From NCBI GenBank assembly GCA_047602425.1, contig JASGHG010000001.1, forward strand, positions 2,112,001 through 2,176,000: a stretch of 64,000 nucleotides of DNA, read 5' to 3'. This document shows, in pieces, positions 59,501 through 64,000 of this stretch (position 1 is the first letter of the stretch; each line of letters starts with the position of its first letter). Both the position numbers and the translations under genes were made by a program. The stretch comes from Nibricoccus sp. (GTDB lineage Bacteria > Verrucomicrobiota > Verrucomicrobiia > Opitutales > Opitutaceae). The notes beneath the pieces are model-generated. The model searched no databases. It worked only from the letters and a program-made list of their open reading frames with translations, and was not told the origin of the DNA.

Positions 59501-59805
59501 TCTTGTGTGTCGAGACCGGTGTAAGAGGCGGAAAGCTTAACTTCTCCTGCCGGAACTCCCGTGATCGTGTAAACACCACCCTCTTCGGTATTGGCACTCT
59601 TGTCCGTGCCTACAACCTGAACTTGGGCGTATTTGAGGTACTCACCGGTACCTTGATTGATCACGCGGCCGGTAATGGTTGCGTTTTGCGCGGACGCGGT
59701 GACGGCCAGCGCAGCGAAACTGAGCAGCATCGCCAGCGATCCGGCGAAACGGCGGAAAATGGACGGGCATTGCCCGCCCAACGTAGTAGTTTGGGTGTGG
59801 TTCAT
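56566..59805 (-). CDS. TonB-dependent receptor with N-terminal carboxypeptidase-regulatory-like domain
   Basis: Signal peptide, ITGRV, plug NVGEFLKLLPGV...IRG, LKPETARNYDVSLEYYF, C-terminal KGAF. Confidence 0.92.
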   Translation of the reverse strand: MNHTQTTTLGGQCPSIFRRFAGSLAMLLSFAALAVTASAQNATITGRVINQGTGEYLKYAQVQVVGTDKSANTEEGGVYTITGVPAGEVKLSASYTGLDTQEVTVTVPAEGTVTQDFSMATADYGDTIKLGTFSVSGAREGNAKAIVEQRVALNLKTVVAADAFGDVSEGNVGEFLKLLPGVSVDYVDNDARSTRIRGLPPKYNTTTMDFHPIANAASSNISTGRQLELEQVSMAAMDTIESTKTPTPDMMTPNLAGNINAVSKSAFNQKGRSIKYQGSLNFNEWNINLKESKGWDNTEHYKALPGAKIEWVDTFFDGKLGMVASVAHSGAYAEQRIVIGTNSFDSNPDNNSTEIPTITTWNFQHGLKPTWRDSFLLNFDYKVSEDLKLSLRTNYGYYRSEFYNRNWLVNGTTAATGNVNITEVSADHLSTTNASSSNYARVAGSNQRKSGGTFIVSPAVSWKRDNLKVDGSVSYSQAKNAYTSGQDGYFSLVQAEMRGVSWSHNRLADDDVAITQINTTAGGAANTGSLFDLGNYNSNGLVRNERRNSKDQMWTANVDVELDMSDWAVPVKFKAGAANSLEVRDISNFQGSWTMTLTTGPTSATAINLQDFRESFSGGVGTVTDRFGTTAKTPAPNKWVLFDIFKNSGAFDPFSLTARGPFQAQVNNNLRFLLQNDVDLKEQIKAAYLMGTFKPLKNLSVVTGLRFEKTTTTGRAFDDKGGNNTLLALGYTTTQIAGMTTTAKTAVGTTGTQFMDYIYYRYGGRVPRTHDYNNTLPSVQARYQITKNLIARAAAYASVLRPDFQSVVGGITATDNNDGTSYNFSINNTSLKPETARNYDVSLEYYFEPVGLLSATFFYKDIKDIQMTQPSISITNASPEILAQLREAGYSDSELANAASNFSSTINGPKTSLWGYELAYSQELSFLPGALKGLGVTANYSHFEPEEERLWALVPGAGDGMAVDSANFILRYKVGNFKAQTSVTWTGKRISALSGLSYNRDLDLFVPGTGANSNVTTYQAPRTVVSINMEYKLHKNASVYIGVNNILNSAKFNYQERELYTTRNGNYGASINVGVKGAF

Positions 59806-60171
59806 GTCAGTAAGCAGAGGGATCGGTGTGTATGAAGCACTCAGTAAGTAACTGAATACAGCTGGGTTAGGATCGTATTGAAACAGCGTTTTGGAGGCGC
59901 CGGTTCCAATCTAGGGAAGGAAGCCTTGGCATTGAGAGATTTTTGTAAAATCGAGTCAATCCCAAATCCCGGACACATGTCTGAATCGCTGCGCCAATCA
60001 CTTGACAAAACATGGCCTGCGCTTTTGCAAATTCTTCGGGAAATCGAGCCCGACGATGGCAAATCGCGCCTTAACGCCGCCATTTTGCCTTTGTCGTTTT
60101 GTAGGGGATTCTCTCAAACCGGCCGTTAGGACTAAATTATTCTCGACCATTGTTGTTGGTTAGTTTTTTCG

Positions 60172-63100
60172 GTGCGAATGTTTACTCGGGAGGCTTACCC
60201 CACCGCACTGATTGCTCTAATGTTCTGTCTGGCCACACGTCTGTGGGGCCAAATGGAAACTTCGGCTTCGCTCACGGGCCAGATCCGCGAAGCCAACGGC
60301 GCACCGTCAGGTTCGGCGACCGTCGTTCTCGAATACAGTCCAACCGCCAGTCGTTACACCACGCATGCCAACGCAAAAGGTCTTTTCGCGCTCACCGGTT
60401 TGCCAGTAGGCGGACCTTATTTGCTGCGCGTCGAGCGCGAAGGTTGCGAACCTTGGCAATCCGACGAATTTATCCTCGCGCTGGGCGAAAACAAAGAACT
60501 CGCGATCACGCTCCGTCTCCGCAACGAAAAATCCGTCATTCAGCTCGAAAAAGTCGAGGTGCGCGCCGCTCGCGGGAATGCCGGCGCCGGACCGGCCACC
60601 CACCTTTCCCGCGACGAAATCGAATCGCTGCCCAGCATCGAAACTTCATTCAACGAATATGCGTCCCAAGACCCGCGCCTCGTTTACCTCGATCCAGATC
60701 GCGGCGAACTCTCCGCCGCCGGACAAAACAGTCGCTATAATTCTCTCTCCGTCGACGGCGTGCGCATCAACGATCAGTTTGGACTTTCCGCCAACGGATT
60801 TCCCTCCCAGGGCAACCCGCTCGCACTCGAAACGATCGAAGCCATCGCGATCGAAGTTTCGCCCTACGATGTCCACCGGGGCGGCTTTACCGGCGCCTCC
60901 ATCAACGCGGTCACACGCAGCGGCTCCAACCATTTCAAAGGGTCAATATATGCCTACTACCGCGATCAGCACATGCGCGCGGTGCATCCTGTCACCGGTG
61001 AAAACGATCCCTTCCGTGACGAAACTTACGGCATGACATTCGGTGGTCCTCTTTGGCGCGATCATCTTTTCTTTTTCTCCGGCTACGAATATTCGCGCCG
61101 CACCGAACCAGCACCCGCCGCCGGTTTCACCCCTTCCGCCGCTGCGCTCGAACGCATCGTCAACGCTTCCGCCGCCTACAACTATCATCCCGGTGCCCTC
61201 GTCAATCCAGGCAGCCAACGCAAACAGGACAATAAATATCTCGGTAAACTCGACTGGCGTATCAATAGCCGGCATCGCGCCAGCCTTCGTTTCAGCCAAA
61301 CCATCGGCAATCAGCCAAGTTTTGCCGACTATTCCACTTCCGGCCGTGTCTCGCTAAGCGGGCATTGGTATCAAAGTACACAAAACCTGCAGGCGTTTTC
61401 CGCCCAACTTTTCAGCCAGTGGTCACCCGCCTTTCAAACCGAAGGCAAAGTCGCTTGGAATCGCTACACTTCCGAGCGACAACCCTACTCTCGATTCCCC
61501 AATGTTCGCATCAATGGGGTGCCTTCGGACGATGGCGACACAGGTTCGGTTTTCATCGGCACCGATTATTCGAGCCAGGTGAATTCTTTAACTACCGAAA
61601 ACAGCCAGGCCGGCGCTTCGGCGATCTGGCTGCTCGGCCGCCACCGGATGACTTTTGGCGCCGAAGTCGAACGCAGCGAATTCGAAAACACCTTTCTCCA
61701 ATACGCGTGGGGCAATTACACTTTCGCGAGCATCAATGCCTATGAAACCGGCCGGCCAAGCAGCTATACCTATCAGTATATGCTGGACGGTCGCAGCCCC
61801 GCCGTTTCTTGGGGATATATTATGGGTTCGGCATTTTTGCAAGACAGCTGGCTGGCAACAAGCCGTCTCACCCTCGCCGCCGGCGCAAGGCTCGACTACC
61901 CAATCGCCACCGCCCGCCCCCGCAACAACCGGCTGGTCGACGCTACCTTCGGCCGACGCACCGATCGGACCATCGATGGCGCATACGTGCTCGGACCGCG
62001 TGGGAGTTTTCAGCTCAAGCTCGGCAAAAAGGATCGCATGCATCTCAGTGGCGGCGCCGGCATTTTCCAAGGTCGTGCTCCTGGCGTTTGGTTGTCGAAT
62101 GCCTATTCCAACGATGGCATGGCCGCCGTCACCACGACTTCCGTCAACGGTTTCTCGCCCGATCCCAACAATCAACCGCGCGGCAATCCCTCCTCTACGC
62201 GTCAACGCGTCGATTTGATCGACGAGAACTTCCACATGCCGTCTATTGCCCGCGCCAGCCTTTCGATCGATCATCGCTTCTCCTGGCAGAATCTTACAGC
62301 ATCGGCGGAATATATTTATTCATCCACGCTCGAAGGCCTCGCGTATAAAAATATTAATCTCCGCCGCACCGGCACCGGACCCGACGGACGCGCGATCTAC
62401 GGCAATCGAACCGCCTCCTTCGGCCTTGTATCCAACAGCCAATACGCCAGCTCGTCCTTTTCCGATGTCTATTTGCTGACCAACGTTTCCAAAGGCGACG
62501 CTCACCACTTGACCCTCAGCCTCCGTCGTCCCGTGCGCAAACATTGGGGCGCATACCTCGCCTACACGCGCAGTTCGTCCGAGGATGTCAGCTCCGTCAC
62601 GTCGTTCACCGCTTCGACCAATTTCAATGCCCGCGCCGGGATCGATCCCAATGACGAACGACTCGGCACCGCCAACTACGAAACCCGCGACCGTGTCCAG
62701 GCCGAGCTCACGCTGCGTTTTGCCCTTGTCAAAAAGTTCGACACGAAAATTCGCCTGCACTACGAAGGCCGAAGCGGCCGGCCCTATAGTTATATTTTTG
62801 GCACCGACGTGAATGGCGACGGAGCTGACTACGATAACGATCTTCTCTACGTGCCCCTCGGCCGCGACGATCCGAAAGTCCGTTGGGCTGACGCCCGTCA
62901 AGCCGACGCCTTCTTTGCCTGGCTCGATCAAAATCCTTCAGCCAAACGCCATGCCGGCCACATCATGCCCCGTAACAGCGAACGCAGTTACTACCAGCAT
63001 CGTTACGATCTAAAATTTACGCAGGAAATTCCGCTCTGGCGTCGGGTTAAGGCCGAACTTTTCTGCGATATTCTCAATATCGCGAACCTGTTGAACGACG

Positions 63101-63273
63101 AATGGGGCCGCGTTTACGCCGCCAGTTTTCCATATGGCCTCGCCGTCGCCAACGCCAGCTACGATCCGAACGCCAATCAATACGTCTACCGCTTCACCAG
63201 CGCACGCACCCAGACCCTGCAACCCTCGCTCTCGCGTTGGCAAATAGCCGCCGGCTCCCGATTGAAGTTCTAA
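60172..63273 (+). CDS. TonB-dependent receptor, Oar-like
   Basis: GLPVGGPY, GQNSRYNSLSVDGVRINDQFGL, SPYDV..GGFTGASINAVTRSGSN, C-terminal LKF. Confidence 0.92.
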   Translation: MRMFTREAYPTALIALMFCLATRLWGQMETSASLTGQIREANGAPSGSATVVLEYSPTASRYTTHANAKGLFALTGLPVGGPYLLRVEREGCEPWQSDEFILALGENKELAITLRLRNEKSVIQLEKVEVRAARGNAGAGPATHLSRDEIESLPSIETSFNEYASQDPRLVYLDPDRGELSAAGQNSRYNSLSVDGVRINDQFGLSANGFPSQGNPLALETIEAIAIEVSPYDVHRGGFTGASINAVTRSGSNHFKGSIYAYYRDQHMRAVHPVTGENDPFRDETYGMTFGGPLWRDHLFFFSGYEYSRRTEPAPAAGFTPSAAALERIVNASAAYNYHPGALVNPGSQRKQDNKYLGKLDWRINSRHRASLRFSQTIGNQPSFADYSTSGRVSLSGHWYQSTQNLQAFSAQLFSQWSPAFQTEGKVAWNRYTSERQPYSRFPNVRINGVPSDDGDTGSVFIGTDYSSQVNSLTTENSQAGASAIWLLGRHRMTFGAEVERSEFENTFLQYAWGNYTFASINAYETGRPSSYTYQYMLDGRSPAVSWGYIMGSAFLQDSWLATSRLTLAAGARLDYPIATARPRNNRLVDATFGRRTDRTIDGAYVLGPRGSFQLKLGKKDRMHLSGGAGIFQGRAPGVWLSNAYSNDGMAAVTTTSVNGFSPDPNNQPRGNPSSTRQRVDLIDENFHMPSIARASLSIDHRFSWQNLTASAEYIYSSTLEGLAYKNINLRRTGTGPDGRAIYGNRTASFGLVSNSQYASSSFSDVYLLTNVSKGDAHHLTLSLRRPVRKHWGAYLAYTRSSSEDVSSVTSFTASTNFNARAGIDPNDERLGTANYETRDRVQAELTLRFALVKKFDTKIRLHYEGRSGRPYSYIFGTDVNGDGADYDNDLLYVPLGRDDPKVRWADARQADAFFAWLDQNPSAKRHAGHIMPRNSERSYYQHRYDLKFTQEIPLWRRVKAELFCDILNIANLLNDEWGRVYAASFPYGLAVANASYDPNANQYVYRFTSARTQTLQPSLSRWQIAAGSRLKF

Positions 63274-63311
63274 AATTTCCCTGGTCCGTCCAAACCCGAG
63301 ACTCCATACCG

Positions 63312-63423
63312 TTTGTCATCTATTAAATGACAAGCGATGCCGCTCCCATTGCATTTCGCCCTTGGAACTTCTTAAAAAGTGCAGTGGCAAAATCGACGCC
63401 AGTTTGTCATTTAATAGATGACA
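63312..63423. repeat. Paired TTTGTCAT-N7-ATGACA palindromes, element 3
   Basis: Copies at 63312-63333 and 63403-63423, bracketed by the 13-bp direct repeat AGTTCTAAAATTT (63266-63278, 63436-63448). Confidence 0.85.
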
Positions 63424-63750
63424 TAACTGTCTGTTAGTTCTAAAATTTTGTCCCGCTGACAGCCCGTCAGCAGGTGTTGTTCAGGCAAAAATCAAAGAAG
63501 GCCACTAACAAATTCCACGGGCATTTCATCGTTAACCGCCTGCATATATCGGCGATATTGCCGATCTCGGCAGTGCTTTCAGCCAGCCCTGCGGCCGGTG
63601 TGGGCAGTCAGTCTGTTTCAAATCGGCATCGGAGCATAGACATTCGCCCCGGCTGCCCCGTCCGCCGCATTTCCTGCATTTACACGATGGGTGGGATTTG
63701 TTTTGTTCGCGCCTTTCATCACTCAAAAACCTATCTGCGCGCACCGCTCC

Positions 63751-64000
63751 ATGACCACTCCCGCCCCCTCCGAACCCACCCCCACACCGGCAACTGTCGA
63801 AGGCCAGCCGGCCGCCGCCCCCGGTCATGAGCACGCCTTCCAACAATTCTGGGAAAAAAATTCCCGCACGATCTATCTCGCCTGTGCTGTCATCCTCATC
63901 GCCATCATCGGCAAGGGCGCTCTCGACACTTACAAACACTACAAGGACGACCAGATCGGCCGCGAATTCGCCACCTGCAACACCCCCGAGAAACTCAAAG
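63751..64000 (+). CDS. Single-TM protein, YfgM/TPR-like N-terminus; runs off the window
   Basis: MTTPAPSEP...FQQFWEKNSRTIYLACAVILIAIIGKG...; frame open to the end of the window. Confidence 0.65.
   Translation, partial: MTTPAPSEPTPTPATVEGQPAAAPGHEHAFQQFWEKNSRTIYLACAVILIAIIGKGALDTYKHYKDDQIGREFATCNTPEKLK

Overview
GC-rich bacterial chromosome window; the gene repertoire suggests Verrucomicrobiota/Opitutaceae (inference only). The core is a ~20.5 kb + strand anaerobic redox cluster (15.7-36.2 kb). It holds a complex I-like operon with no NuoEFG and four antiporter-type subunits (nuoABCDHIJK, MrpD-like, a small membrane protein, an MrpD/NuoL-like subunit with an apparently lengthened lateral helix, nuoM, nuoN), then iorAB, a phenylacetate-CoA ligase, an ACT protein, nfnAB-like genes and satP. 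Around it lie upp, an SIS/kinase pair, an S9 peptidase, a MocR regulator block, pyc, a GH2, a LytS/LytTR pair, kduID, a TMTC-like TPR protein and two divergent TonB-dependent receptors. The non-coding DNA is rich in structure: (i) seven copies of a 40-bp-arm CACAGAG inverted-repeat element at gene junctions, six inside the redox cluster; (ii) a two-block leader motif shared by iorA and nfnA; (iii) three paired TTTGTCAT-N7-ATGACAA(A) palindromes, two flanking satP; (iv) GTAG-type REP doublets; (v) two integron-cassette-like ORFs with an attC-like site but no integrase. No rRNA, tRNA, CRISPR array or transposase was seen. All family assignments are by-eye motif recognition; no searches were run.
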